Notes: generated by a model from the sequence alone, not told the origin. Shown: positions 16,862-26,230, counted from the stretch's first letter. The stretch: 64,000 nucleotides of DNA from an uncultured Candidatus Saccharibacteria bacterium (GCA_964460805.1 CAYWPU010000001.1:38624-102623), one strand, 5' to 3'. Made by a program: numbers and translations.

Positions 16862-19231
16862 CTATCTTGCCTCCGCCCAATTTGGTCCTGATTGGGCCGT
16901 AACAACAAGTGGCAAGTTGAAACCTCTGATATTTTCCATTTTCTCTTTGATTTTTGGCAAAATCTCACTCGCTTTCTCCGTTTTTATTTCATAGATCAAC
17001 TCATCATGAACTTGGAGCAAGAGGTGCGCACTCTCTTGCCAGCTATTCTCTGCCAGCAATTTATTTACTTCTATCATTGCGATCTTCACGATATCCGCCG
17101 CAGTGCCTTGCAGGGGCGCGTTCATGGCCATGCGCTCGTTCATGGCGCGGATAAACGGGATACGCGAGCGGAGGCCGGGGAAATAGCGCCGGCGGCCATA
17201 GAGTGTCTGGGTATAGCCAAGCTTGGCCGCTTGCAGTTTAACATCATCAAAGTATTGCCTGATCTGAGGGAAAGCGAGGAAATAATCATCGTAGAACTTC
17301 TGCGCCTCGGCTCTAGTGGTATTTAAGTTGGCTCTCAGGGCTGTCACGCCCATGCCGTAGATGATGCCAAAGTTGATCACTTTTGCTCGCCGCCTCATCT
17401 CTTTCGTCACTTCTTCCGGTTTAACGCCAAAAACACGCACCGCCACACTGGTGTGCACATCCTCGCCAGCGTTGAAAATTCTAATTAGCTCTCCATCCCC
17501 AGATAAGAGCGCCAGCACACGCATCTCAATCTGAGAGTAGTCCAGCGCGCACCAGGTGTGGCCGGGCGAGGCGAGGAAGGCGCGCCGGATCGCCGCGCCG
17601 TGCGTCTCACTAGCCGGGATATTCTGCAGATTGGGGTCAGAGGAGCTCATCCGGCCCGTGGCCGCGCCCGTCTGGTTGAGGTGGGAGTGGAGGCGGCTTT
17701 CCCTATCGGCCAGCGCGGGCAGATTATCCACGTAAGTAGAGAGCAACTTTTGCAATTCGCGATACTTAAGAATGTGCGCTATGACCGGATGCGCGTCTTG
17801 TAATTTTAATAATTCAGATTCTTTGGTACTCCGCGCGCCGGCGGCGGTCTTTTTACCAGTCTTGAGATGTAATTTATCAAACAAGATTTCGCCAAGCTGT
17901 TTAGGCGAGTTGAGATTAAACTGCTCCCCCGCCAGTTCATAGATTTTATTTTCTAAACTACTTAATTCTGCATGATATTTCTCTGATAACTCAGCTAGAT
18001 ATTTTTTATCCAGCAAGATCCCCCGCTCCTGCGCGCGGGCAAGGATTGGAATAAGCGGCAGCTCTATCTCGCGATAAATTTTTTCCAGATTATTATGCTT
18101 GATCTCAGCTAGCACTTTCTCTTCACCACCCAGATTCTCTAGATCAGTCGCGGTTGGCGCAGTTAGTTCCGAGTTAACCAGCCACACGGCAATTTTCAAT
18201 TCCGGCGATAATTCTGGTTTTGCTGCCTCAGCCTCTACTTCAGTCTCAATTTCTTCTCTTTTCGTCTTTGTTTTTTGCTCTGCTTTGCTAGACTTTTCAC
18301 TCAGCACCGCTCGCAGTCTGGCGCCCAGCGTGCGGAATTCTAACTTGGCAAATAACTTATCTACTGTTTCTAGATTTAAATTCTCGCGCCACTGATTCTT
18401 TCCCAACACAAACTCAATCCCCGCGTCTCGTCTAATAGTTGCGAGCGTTTTAGAAAATAGCGCTTCTTCTTCGCCTTCTGCGAGTAATTTAATCATCCGG
18501 TCTGTCAGTCCCGCTTGCTTTAATTTTTCCTGACCTGTTTTGGCTTTTAGAATTTTATAGATATTCTCTACTGTGCCGAAGTTGCTGACCAAAATAGTAG
18601 CCGTCTTCTCGCCGATGCCATCAATGCCAATGATATTATCGCTCGGGTCGCCGCGCAGGCCTTTCCAATCCGGCAAGAGTGCGGGCTTAAAGCCAAAGCG
18701 CTCCAGCACCTTTTGCTCGTTATATAAAATAGTATCGTTGATCCCCTTCTTGAGCGTATAAACTACCACTTTCTCATCGTCAACTAACTGCAGCGTGTCC
18801 ATGTCGCCAGAAGCGATGATGACTTGAATATTTGTCGTTTTTTTATTTTTATCTCGCGTTACTTGTTCCACAATAGTGCCGATGATATCGTCAGCCTCAA
18901 AGCCAGCCAGATCATAGATGGGTATACCAAAAGCAGAAAACAAGTTGCGTGAGCTCTCTAGTTGCGCCACTAACGCCTCGTCTGTTTTAGCTCGGCCAGC
19001 TTTATAGTTCTCGTAAATTTCTTTTCTAAAAGTCGCCTCGGCGCGATCGTAGCAAGCGACTAAGTAATCTGGCTTTAGGTCAGCAATGATCTTGATCAGC
19101 ATCGCCGCTAAGCCGTAGAGCGCGCCCGTGGGCTCACCCGCGCTGTTCTGGAAGTCAGGCAGGGCGTGATACGCGCGGTGGATAACAGCGTGCGCGTCAA
19201 GCAAAACTAATTTCTCGGCTTTCTTCATCAA
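16862..19231 (-). CDS. polA: DNA polymerase I (5'-3' exonuclease + polymerase domains)
   Basis: N-terminal LVLLDAHAVIHRAYHAL 5'-nuclease region. C-terminal motif A (DYSQIEMR), RRRAKVINFGIIYG motif B, and QVHDEL motif C. Confidence 0.9.
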   Translation of the reverse strand: MMKKAEKLVLLDAHAVIHRAYHALPDFQNSAGEPTGALYGLAAMLIKIIADLKPDYLVACYDRAEATFRKEIYENYKAGRAKTDEALVAQLESSRNLFSAFGIPIYDLAGFEADDIIGTIVEQVTRDKNKKTTNIQVIIASGDMDTLQLVDDEKVVVYTLKKGINDTILYNEQKVLERFGFKPALLPDWKGLRGDPSDNIIGIDGIGEKTATILVSNFGTVENIYKILKAKTGQEKLKQAGLTDRMIKLLAEGEEEALFSKTLATIRRDAGIEFVLGKNQWRENLNLETVDKLFAKLEFRTLGARLRAVLSEKSSKAEQKTKTKREEIETEVEAEAAKPELSPELKIAVWLVNSELTAPTATDLENLGGEEKVLAEIKHNNLEKIYREIELPLIPILARAQERGILLDKKYLAELSEKYHAELSSLENKIYELAGEQFNLNSPKQLGEILFDKLHLKTGKKTAAGARSTKESELLKLQDAHPVIAHILKYRELQKLLSTYVDNLPALADRESRLHSHLNQTGAATGRMSSSDPNLQNIPASETHGAAIRRAFLASPGHTWCALDYSQIEMRVLALLSGDGELIRIFNAGEDVHTSVAVRVFGVKPEEVTKEMRRRAKVINFGIIYGMGVTALRANLNTTRAEAQKFYDDYFLAFPQIRQYFDDVKLQAAKLGYTQTLYGRRRYFPGLRSRIPFIRAMNERMAMNAPLQGTAADIVKIAMIEVNKLLAENSWQESAHLLLQVHDELIYEIKTEKASEILPKIKEKMENIRGFNLPLVVTAQSGPNWAEAR

Positions 19232-19634
19232 TAAATTTAAAATTTATTTGCTTTAAATCTGGCAGAACCTCCCGCACGCGCTCTACCCACTCTATAATTA
19301 TCAAATTATTTTTGTCCTGCAATAAATCAGCTAAATCTAACTTTAATAATTCCTCGCCGTTCTCTAATCTATAAGCATCAATGTGCACCAGTTTGGCAAA
19401 TTTCTGCCCGGACAATCTATACACCTTCTCCAGCACAAACGTGGGACTGGTAATATTTTCCCCCACGCCCAGTTCTCGCGCAACGGCCTGAGTGAACGCC
19501 GTTTTGCCGCTCCCGAGCTCACCGCTCAGGCCAAGCACAGTGGCTCGCTCTCTCTCCGGCACAAGGCCAGCCAAATAATCCCGCGCCAATTGCTTGGTCT
19601 CGTCTAAGCTCTTGCTGATCACCGCCTCCGGCAT
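19197..19634 (-). CDS. tsaE: tRNA threonylcarbamoyladenosine biosynthesis protein TsaE
   Basis: LSGELGSGKTAFTQAVARELGV P-loop typical of YjeE/TsaE. Overlaps the polA start. Confidence 0.8.
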   Translation of the reverse strand: MPEAVISKSLDETKQLARDYLAGLVPERERATVLGLSGELGSGKTAFTQAVARELGVGENITSPTFVLEKVYRLSGQKFAKLVHIDAYRLENGEELLKLDLADLLQDKNNLIIIEWVERVREVLPDLKQINFKFIDEESREISFA

Positions 19635-19681
19635 AAGCCGATTCTAGCACCCGCCTGCGCCAAAGGCTACGGCTGGGCAAA

Positions 19682-19721
19682 TAAAAAAGGCTCCGGCTTG
19701 CTTGCGCAAACCAGAGCCTGT
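19682..19721 (-). terminator. putative rho-independent terminator (minus strand)
   Basis: AGGCTC...GAGCCT stem with a T-run on the minus strand, downstream of the secreted-protein gene ending at 19751. Confidence 0.4.
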
Positions 19722-19750
19722 GTTGCCTCCGGGCCGGGAGACGCCAGCAA

Positions 19751-20362
19751 TTAGTCGTCGTAAGACTCGTAGTTGCCGTAGTCGTCAAACTCAATCTCAA
19801 ACTTTTCCCGCTTCTCCACGACCTCTTCCTTCCCCTCCTCGTTCTTGCGAGTGATCGTCCAGGTGGCTATATACTCCACCTCTTCAATCACTCTTGCTCC
19901 CTTGGTGGTCTGGAAGTCCTGCTTGTATATCGTAACCACCAGGTTCCCCGCGTCCTTATCCAATTTCTTAGACAAGGCACGGAACTTCTCCTCACCCAGC
20001 TGGAGCAGAGACTCTTCGTCCCAGTCCACCACCCGCACGGGCGGTTCCACTCGGATCACCGGCTGGCTGTAGACCACCGGAGGCGAGTAGATCACTGGCG
20101 CAGAGCGATAGCTGTAGCCACCGCTCCACCAGCCGCCACTCCGATAGCTACTCCGGTAAGAGTAACTACTGCGGTAGTAGGAGCGCCCAAAGTCCCGGCT
20201 GTAACGTGGCGGGCCAACTCGGTACCGCGGCGCCGGACGACAATATCGCCCACCCGCCTCGGCTTTTTCTGCCGAGCAAAACCCAAAACCGAGAACCAAC
20301 ATCACGCAAACCATCAGATTTTTCATCTCATTCTCCTTTTCTGTCGTTCTTTCGGGTTTCAA
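19751..20362 (-). CDS. secreted protein with Ser/Tyr/Arg-rich low-complexity region
   Basis: Signal peptide MKNLMVCVMLVLGFGFCSA, then RYSRDFGRSYYRSSYSYRSSYRSGGWWSGGYSYRS, then a structured acidic C-terminal domain. Confidence 0.5.
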   Translation of the reverse strand: MKPERTTEKENEMKNLMVCVMLVLGFGFCSAEKAEAGGRYCRPAPRYRVGPPRYSRDFGRSYYRSSYSYRSSYRSGGWWSGGYSYRSAPVIYSPPVVYSQPVIRVEPPVRVVDWDEESLLQLGEEKFRALSKKLDKDAGNLVVTIYKQDFQTTKGARVIEEVEYIATWTITRKNEEGKEEVVEKREKFEIEFDDYGNYESYDD

Positions 20363-20383
20363 TCCAGTTGCGACCAGCGCACG

Positions 20384-20629
20384 CTAGTCGTCGTAGTTGA
20401 TCGGCGAATAGTTGCACCCGCCGATGGATGGCAAGTAGCCACCCCAACCACCCCGTCCACCGCCACCGCAGTAGCAATCGGAATACGAATACGATTCAAC
20501 GTACTCGTACCAATCCGAGCCACCCCAGTAGCTCCCACCCCACTGGGCCATTGCCAGTGCGGGTGTGAAGAGAGACAGGCAGAGCACAAACATCAGACAC
20601 CACTTGATTTTCAACGAACGATTTTTCAT
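20384..20629 (-). CDS. small secreted Gly/Tyr/Trp-rich protein
   Basis: Signal peptide MKNRSLKIKWCLMFVLCLSLFTPALAMA then GGSYWGGSDWYEYVESYSYSDCYCGGGGRGGWGGY. 21 nt upstream of the previous gene. Confidence 0.45.
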   Translation of the reverse strand: MKNRSLKIKWCLMFVLCLSLFTPALAMAQWGGSYWGGSDWYEYVESYSYSDCYCGGGGRGGWGGYLPSIGGCNYSPINYDD

Positions 20630-20796
20630 GGCTTATTTCTCCTATTCTGCCCTGAGGGCGGAAAAGCCACTTTTGACCTAACTAACCCTAGTATAGCAAA
20701 TTGCGGTTTTCTTGTCAAGGGGGTAAAAATGGCCCAAAATAAAGCTAAGTTATGCGTTGTTTTGGGGCAAGAAAAAAGCTAGAGTTAGGGTAAGTC

Positions 20797-22491
20797 ATGC
20801 TCACGTTCAACGATACCAGAGATAAGCGCGTGGACGAACTGCATAGTCAGGAGGCGGAGAGCCTTGCTCAGATGCTCTCCAGCAAATACGACCTCCCCTA
20901 CATTGATCTCTCTAAATTCCCCATCAACACAGACGCGCTGAAGGTCCTACCAGAGGAGGAAGCGCGGCGGGCTAATCTTGCGGCTTTTAAGATCAATGGG
21001 AAAAATTTATTTCTCGTTACTATGTCTCCGGCAAAAGAGGAGACCAAAGCGGCCCTGCAAGACCTGCGGGAGAAGAATTACCAGCTCCACGTCTACCTCG
21101 GCTCGGAGGCTAGTCTCACCCGCGCTTGGGAGCGCTACCCGGAGATCTCGCGCTCGCGGCGGACGGAGGCCGGCGTGATTGATATCAGCGACGAGGCAAT
21201 TGCCGAGTTTGCCAAGCAGATCAGCGATGTAGACAGCTTGAACAAAGCCTTTAGCACCGAGGGCGTGGCGGCGCTCTCCTCCGGCGGTGTCTCTAATCTC
21301 TTGGAGGTGCTACTCGCCGGCGCGATTGTGACCGACGCCTCAGACATCCACATTGAGCCGGAGACTGAGCGCGTGCGCTTGCGCTTCCGCCTAGATGGCG
21401 TGCTACACGATGTGAGCTTCCTAGAGCCTCGCCTCTACCGCCACATGATCTCGCGGATCAAATTACTCTCGGGATTAAAATTAAATGTGCAGAAGTCAGC
21501 CCAAGACGGGCGGCTCAGTATCAGACTGGAAGATAACGATATTGAGATCAGAACGTCTATCCTGCCAGGTGCCTACGGAGAATCTGTCGTCTTGCGTATC
21601 TTGAATCCTAAAGCGATTGCGGTCACTTTTGAAACATTAGGTATAGAGCCAGCGCTCTTTGAGATCGTGAAGAAGCAGATCACCAAGCCAAACGGCGCGA
21701 TCTTCCTCACCGGCCCCACTGGCTCGGGTAAAACAACCACGCTTTACTCTTTTCTCCGCTATATCTCCACTGGCGAGAACAAGACGATCACGATAGAAGA
21801 TCCAATAGAGTATCACTTGAAAGGGATCAGCCAGACGCAGGTTAACCCAGATAAAAATTACACTTTTCTCACCGGCCTCAGATCAGCTCTGCGCCAAGAT
21901 CCAGATATCATCATGGTCGGCGAGATCCGAGATAAAGAAACGGCAAAAATTGCGATCAACGCCTCGCTCACCGGCCACCTGGTCTTCTCTACTCTGCACA
22001 CCAATAACGCCGCCGGCACGATCCCGCGATTGATAGACTTAGACGTGAATCCGAAAATTATTGATTCGGCGCTTAACTTAGCAATGGCGCAGAGATTGCT
22101 CAGGAATCTTTGTCGCGCTTGCAAGCAAGAGAGCACACCCACAGCAGAAGAGCAGAAGTTGATAGACGGCGTGGTGGCGTCTATCAAGGAGAAGCGGCCA
22201 GATCTCGCTCCCACGCAGACGAGCAAGATCTGGCGGGCGGCAGAGTCCGGCTGTGCGGCCTGCAACCACACGGGTTACAAGGGTCGGCAGGGTATCTTTG
22301 AGGCTGTGCTGATAGACGAGCTGGTGGCACCGCTACTGCTCAGTAACCCGAGCGAGCGGGAAATAAAAATCGCCGCCAAAGGGCAGCGCATACTGGATAT
22401 GCGGCAAGATGGTATGCTAAAGGTGCTCGCCGGCGAGACAGCACTGGAGGAACTGGCCCGCGTGGTGGATATAAACGAGGAGATTATCTAG
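20797..22491 (+). CDS. pilB: type IV pilus assembly ATPase PilB (GspE family)
   Basis: Walker A GPTGSGKTTT, Asp box and His box regions, tetracysteine CRAC...CAAC motif. 564 aa. Confidence 0.85.
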   Translation: MLTFNDTRDKRVDELHSQEAESLAQMLSSKYDLPYIDLSKFPINTDALKVLPEEEARRANLAAFKINGKNLFLVTMSPAKEETKAALQDLREKNYQLHVYLGSEASLTRAWERYPEISRSRRTEAGVIDISDEAIAEFAKQISDVDSLNKAFSTEGVAALSSGGVSNLLEVLLAGAIVTDASDIHIEPETERVRLRFRLDGVLHDVSFLEPRLYRHMISRIKLLSGLKLNVQKSAQDGRLSIRLEDNDIEIRTSILPGAYGESVVLRILNPKAIAVTFETLGIEPALFEIVKKQITKPNGAIFLTGPTGSGKTTTLYSFLRYISTGENKTITIEDPIEYHLKGISQTQVNPDKNYTFLTGLRSALRQDPDIIMVGEIRDKETAKIAINASLTGHLVFSTLHTNNAAGTIPRLIDLDVNPKIIDSALNLAMAQRLLRNLCRACKQESTPTAEEQKLIDGVVASIKEKRPDLAPTQTSKIWRAAESGCAACNHTGYKGRQGIFEAVLIDELVAPLLLSNPSEREIKIAAKGQRILDMRQDGMLKVLAGETALEELARVVDINEEII

Positions 22492-22509
22492 ATCCCTGAC
22501 AATCGAGAA

Positions 22510-22662
22510 CATAAACCTCTAAGCAAGCCTCCAACGCAAGCGCTGGAGTGAGGTAAGGCCGCAAGGATAGAGCAAGCAAGGTGACCAAAGTCGCCAAACT
22601 GTCTCGTCCTCTTGGCCAAACCCGTTTAAACCCGGAAGAGCTTAGTTGCTTAGAGGTTTATG
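22510..22662. repeat. intergenic element closed by a perfect 17-bp inverted repeat (candidate structured RNA or MITE-like element)
   Basis: CATAAACCTCTAAGCAA at 22510-22526 and its exact reverse complement TTGCTTAGAGGTTTATG at 22646-22662 enclose 119 nt. The interior is rich in GCAA/GNRA-type hairpins (CTCCA-ACGCAAGCGC-TGGAG, CC-GCAA-GG). Confidence 0.4.
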
Positions 22663-22718
22663 GTCTGGATTAATGCTAATATAAAGATCTTGGGGCATGC
22701 TAGCATATAACGTTATAA

Positions 22719-23729
22719 ATGTCAAGAGGTAAAGAAACGAGCGGCGGAGACTGGTTCCTGGATAGCGCCCTGCGCCCAAGCGCTTGGGGAGACTATATTG
22801 GCCAGAAAAATATCAAAGAAAACTTGCAAATCCTCCTGCAAGCGGCTAAGGACCGCGCCCAAGCGCCGGAACATCTCCTCTTCTACGGACCTCCGGGGCT
22901 GGGTAAGACGACTCTCGCCCACCTGATCGCCAGAGAGATCGGCGCACAACTCAAGATCACCTCCGGTCCGGCCATTGAGCGCGTGGGCGATCTCGCTTCC
23001 ATCCTCACCAATCTCTCAGCTGGCGATATGCTCTTTATTGATGAAGTGCATCGGCTAAACAAAATGATTGAAGAAGTGCTCTACCCGGCCATGGAGAGCG
23101 GCAAGCTTAATATTGTGATCGGCAAGGGCCCGGGCGCGCGAGTTATCCAACTGGACCTGCCACCCTTCACTCTAGTGGCCGCCACCACGCGACCGGCGCT
23201 CCTCTCGGCGCCGCTCCGCTCGCGCTTCTCCGGCGGCACCTTCCGGCTCGAGTTCTACTCTGATGCCGAGATCGGACAGATCATCCAGCGCTCGGCCCAG
23301 ATCCTGGGCGTGGAGCTAGACCAAGAAGCGGCGCTGGAGATCGCACGGCGGAGCCGCTTTACCCCCCGGATGGCCAACCAGTTCCTCAAGCGTTGCCGAG
23401 ACCTGGCGCAACTCCGGAATCAGATTATTAATAAAACCGTGGCGCGCGAGGCCCTCACGCTAATGGGTATTGATGAGCTTGGTCTCAATGAGAGCGACCG
23501 CAAGATCCTCTCGACGCTTATTGAGAAGTTCAACGGCGGTCCAGTTGGTCTGGGCACGCTGGCCACGGCCACTCATGAGGAAGAAGCGACAATTGAGGAG
23601 GTCCACGAGCCTTATCTAATCCAGCTTGGAATGCTGGAGCGCACAGCGCGCGGCCGCGTGGCTACCAAGCGCGCTTACGAACATCTGGGCTATGATTATC
23701 CGGCGGATAAACAGGGTAAATTGATCTAA
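22719..23729 (+). CDS. ruvB: Holliday junction DNA helicase RuvB
   Basis: Walker A GPPGLGKTT, Walker B MLFIDEVHRL, sensor regions. 336 aa. Confidence 0.9.
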   Translation: MSRGKETSGGDWFLDSALRPSAWGDYIGQKNIKENLQILLQAAKDRAQAPEHLLFYGPPGLGKTTLAHLIAREIGAQLKITSGPAIERVGDLASILTNLSAGDMLFIDEVHRLNKMIEEVLYPAMESGKLNIVIGKGPGARVIQLDLPPFTLVAATTRPALLSAPLRSRFSGGTFRLEFYSDAEIGQIIQRSAQILGVELDQEAALEIARRSRFTPRMANQFLKRCRDLAQLRNQIINKTVAREALTLMGIDELGLNESDRKILSTLIEKFNGGPVGLGTLATATHEEEATIEEVHEPYLIQLGMLERTARGRVATKRAYEHLGYDYPADKQGKLI

Positions 23730-23738
23730 ATCTAAAAC

Positions 23739-24215
23739 ATGAAGATATTGGGCATTGATCCCGGCTACGATCGCCTCGGCGTGGCAGTACTGGAATCTGG
23801 AACAAAGCAACCAGAATTAATCTATTCTGATTGCTTAACCAGCAGCAAAAAAACAGAATTTGCTAAGAGATTATCTGAACTGGGTGCAAAACTAGAAAAA
23901 ATTATTGCAGCACATCAACCAGAACAACTCGCGCTGGAGACACTCTTCTTTGCCAAGAACCGCAAAACAGCGATGCTGGTAAGCGAGACGCGCGGCATGA
24001 TTTTATATCTAGCCGGGAAAAATAATTTACCGGTGGTGGAGGTCTCGCCCGGGAGCGTCAAGCTCGCGATCACCGGCTATGGTCAGGCTAGCAAAGAGCA
24101 AATCAGCGCCATGCTCCCGCGGCTGCTAAAGATCCAAAAAGTGATTAAACACGATGATGAATACGACGCGATTGCTGTGGCCCTAACAGCTTTATCCACA
24201 GTTAAGCTAAAATAG
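23739..24215 (+). CDS. ruvC: crossover junction endodeoxyribonuclease RuvC
   Basis: MKILGIDPGYDRLGVAVLE N-terminus with catalytic Asp. Confidence 0.9.
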   Translation: MKILGIDPGYDRLGVAVLESGTKQPELIYSDCLTSSKKTEFAKRLSELGAKLEKIIAAHQPEQLALETLFFAKNRKTAMLVSETRGMILYLAGKNNLPVVEVSPGSVKLAITGYGQASKEQISAMLPRLLKIQKVIKHDDEYDAIAVALTALSTVKLK

Positions 24216-24282
24216 TATTGCCAAGCTCGGGCACAGGTGCTAAAAATGAGGCGTTATTAGCAGATTTAATATAATCTAAACT

Positions 24283-24396
24283 ATGGACGAGATGGAGAAG
24301 GATCCAATGCTCGATGGCGAAATGGATGAGGAGACCGAGATGCCAGATGAACTAGGAGAGGGCGACGACGAGAGCATGGACGAGGACGATATGTAG
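24283..24396 (+). CDS. possible 37-aa highly acidic mini-protein
   Basis: MDEMEKDPMLDGEMDEETEMPDELGEGDDESMDEDDM. TATAAT at 24270-24275 lies upstream and a strong terminator follows. Too short for the ORF track; coding status unproven. Confidence 0.25.
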   Translation: MDEMEKDPMLDGEMDEETEMPDELGEGDDESMDEDDM

Positions 24397-24403
24397 TTCC
24401 TAA

Positions 24404-24440
24404 AACTAAAACTCCCTGCCTAGGCGGGGAGTTTTAGTTT
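24404..24440. terminator. bidirectional rho-independent terminator between convergent genes
   Basis: AAACTAAAACTCCC / GGGAGTTTTAGTTT ~14-bp stem around a TGCCTAGGC loop, with A/T runs on both sides. Sits between the acidic mini-ORF (+) and tyrS (-). Confidence 0.7.
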
Positions 24441-24443
24441 GTC

Positions 24444-25604
24444 TTAATTTTGAATTTTGATCTGGATAAAGCGCTTTTTGCCGATCTTCAATTTTAGCTC
24501 TTGCTCTAGAGTGGCATCCGGATCGCTGAGCTCACCCTCCGGCCAGAGATGAACGGCTTTCTCATCCACCAGCCGTCGCCAGGCTGATTTAGATTCCACC
24601 GCACTAGCTCGCAATAATACTTCTGCTAATTTCTCTCCTTTTTTGCCAGTAATATTTTCCCACTGTTCTGGCTCTTCACCTTTCTGGAAAGTTTTGATAA
24701 ATCCCTGCTCGGCTTGCTCGGCTGCTGAGGTACCGTGATAGAGCGAGACAATCTCCCGCGCCAATCTCATCTTCGCATCTCTAGGGTGCCCAGCCAGTAT
24801 CTCCTCAATCTCCCCGCTCGCCACGCGCGTGCAGAGCTCAAAGCCAAGCGGCAGGAGCGCATCAGACCAACTCATCACCTTGCCATACATCTCGCTCGGA
24901 TTATCAGCTAACGTGATCATGTTGCCTTCAGTCTTGCTCATCTTGGCTTCACCCGGCGCGGCTAATAGTTTAGTCGCCAGCACAAACTTCTCTTTACTTC
25001 TCACACTCTTCATCAAGTCTCGCCCTACGAGCATATTGAAAGTCTGATCATTCCCGCCGATCTCCGCGTCCACGTCCAGCGCCACGCTGTCATAGCCCTG
25101 CATCACTGGATAGAGCAACTCGTGCAGGAACAATTCCTTGCCCTCATCTAAACGCTTCTGGAACATCTCGCGCTTCAAGAGCTGGGGAACAGTTAGATTA
25201 GACGCGAGTTCTAATACTTCAGCAAAATTTAATTTACTTAACCACTCGCTATTGTACTTCACTTCAGTCTTCTTCTCGTCCAGGATCTTCCAAGCCTGCC
25301 CGAGATAATTCCGGCAATTCTCTCTCACCTGCTCAGCAGACAGTTTAACACGCGTGGCCGTCTTATCTGTGGGATCGCCGATCATGGCCGTAAAGTCGCC
25401 GATCAACAAAATCACTTCGTGATCCAAGTCTTGCAACTCGCGCAGTTTCATCATTGGCACAGCATGGCCAAGGTGGAGATCCGGCCCAGTGGGGTCAATG
25501 CCAAAATAAATTTTCAGTTTTTTGCCGCTCTCCAGAGCTTTTTTAAAACTCTCGGTGTTGGGGTAAATATTAGAAACAGCGCGCGTGAGCAATTCTGGAT
25601 TCAT
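24444..25604 (-). CDS. tyrS: tyrosine--tRNA ligase with C-terminal S4 domain
   Basis: Class I HIGH-like DLHLGHAVP and KMSKT (KMSKTEGN) motifs. Confidence 0.9.
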   Translation of the reverse strand: MNPELLTRAVSNIYPNTESFKKALESGKKLKIYFGIDPTGPDLHLGHAVPMMKLRELQDLDHEVILLIGDFTAMIGDPTDKTATRVKLSAEQVRENCRNYLGQAWKILDEKKTEVKYNSEWLSKLNFAEVLELASNLTVPQLLKREMFQKRLDEGKELFLHELLYPVMQGYDSVALDVDAEIGGNDQTFNMLVGRDLMKSVRSKEKFVLATKLLAAPGEAKMSKTEGNMITLADNPSEMYGKVMSWSDALLPLGFELCTRVASGEIEEILAGHPRDAKMRLAREIVSLYHGTSAAEQAEQGFIKTFQKGEEPEQWENITGKKGEKLAEVLLRASAVESKSAWRRLVDEKAVHLWPEGELSDPDATLEQELKLKIGKKRFIQIKIQN

Positions 25605-25709
25605 TGGTTTAATCTTAACACAAAAACCCGCCCATTTTCATCTCTATTGCAAAAAATGGCTTAAAATATAGCCTTTCTAGCAAGGAAGACCAGAATCCCG
25701 CCAAACCCC

Positions 25710-25738
25710 TTGACAAACAGACCCAGTGGGTATATAAT
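25710..25738 (+). promoter_or_regulatory. near-consensus sigma70-type promoter
   Basis: TTGACA (25710-25715), a 17-nt spacer, TATAAT (25733-25738). About 70 nt upstream of the 25808 ORF, which has AAGGAG 8 nt before its ATG. Confidence 0.6.
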
Positions 25739-25807
25739 GGTTAATAGTAGGTTCAGAGTGTTCTGGAACCTTGAAAACTGGAAAACCCTTCTTCACAAGG
25801 AGAAAAA

Positions 25808-26230
25808 ATGTCCCCGCTAGTTCCGTTCATTGTGGCTATCATCACGCTCATCGGGGGTTGTATCTTCCTGACCTTCAGATTTGGTAGCACCAAACAAGCA
25901 AGTTGGGATCGGGTAATGGGTTTAGTGCTTGTGGCAGTGGCGGCGTTCTTGTTTACTCTGTGTGGGTACTTTATCGGCACAGGCAAACCGGCAAACCCGG
26001 CAAATTGTCTGGAAAACGGCACCATCTACAAGGTGGTCCAGAGTTTTCCCATGAGGAATGGAGTATGGGGGCTGGCACTGAGTGACCAGGAAGACGCAAT
26101 CAGGGTATGTAGCTGGGGAGGCGTGCCTCCTTCTGCCGGTCTCGTCAAAGCCGTAAATATTGGCCAGGTGTTCAGAAGGGAGTATGAACTGAGACCATAC
26201 CCATCCCCGCCCACCCCAAAGACAGACTGA
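25808..26230 (+). CDS. hypothetical small membrane protein (two TM helices)
   Basis: Consensus promoter, AAGGAG RBS, and a terminator downstream. TM segments VPFIVAIITLIGGCIFLTF and LVLVAVAAFLFTLCGYFIG. Preferred over the overlapping minus ORF 25753..26025. Confidence 0.5.
   Translation: MSPLVPFIVAIITLIGGCIFLTFRFGSTKQASWDRVMGLVLVAVAAFLFTLCGYFIGTGKPANPANCLENGTIYKVVQSFPMRNGVWGLALSDQEDAIRVCSWGGVPPSAGLVKAVNIGQVFRREYELRPYPSPPTPKTD

Noticed and set aside
25753-26025. Minus-strand 90-aa ORF overlapping the 25808..26230 gene
   Set aside because: The plus-strand ORF has a consensus TTGACA-17-TATAAT promoter, an AAGGAG RBS and a downstream terminator. The minus ORF has none of these.
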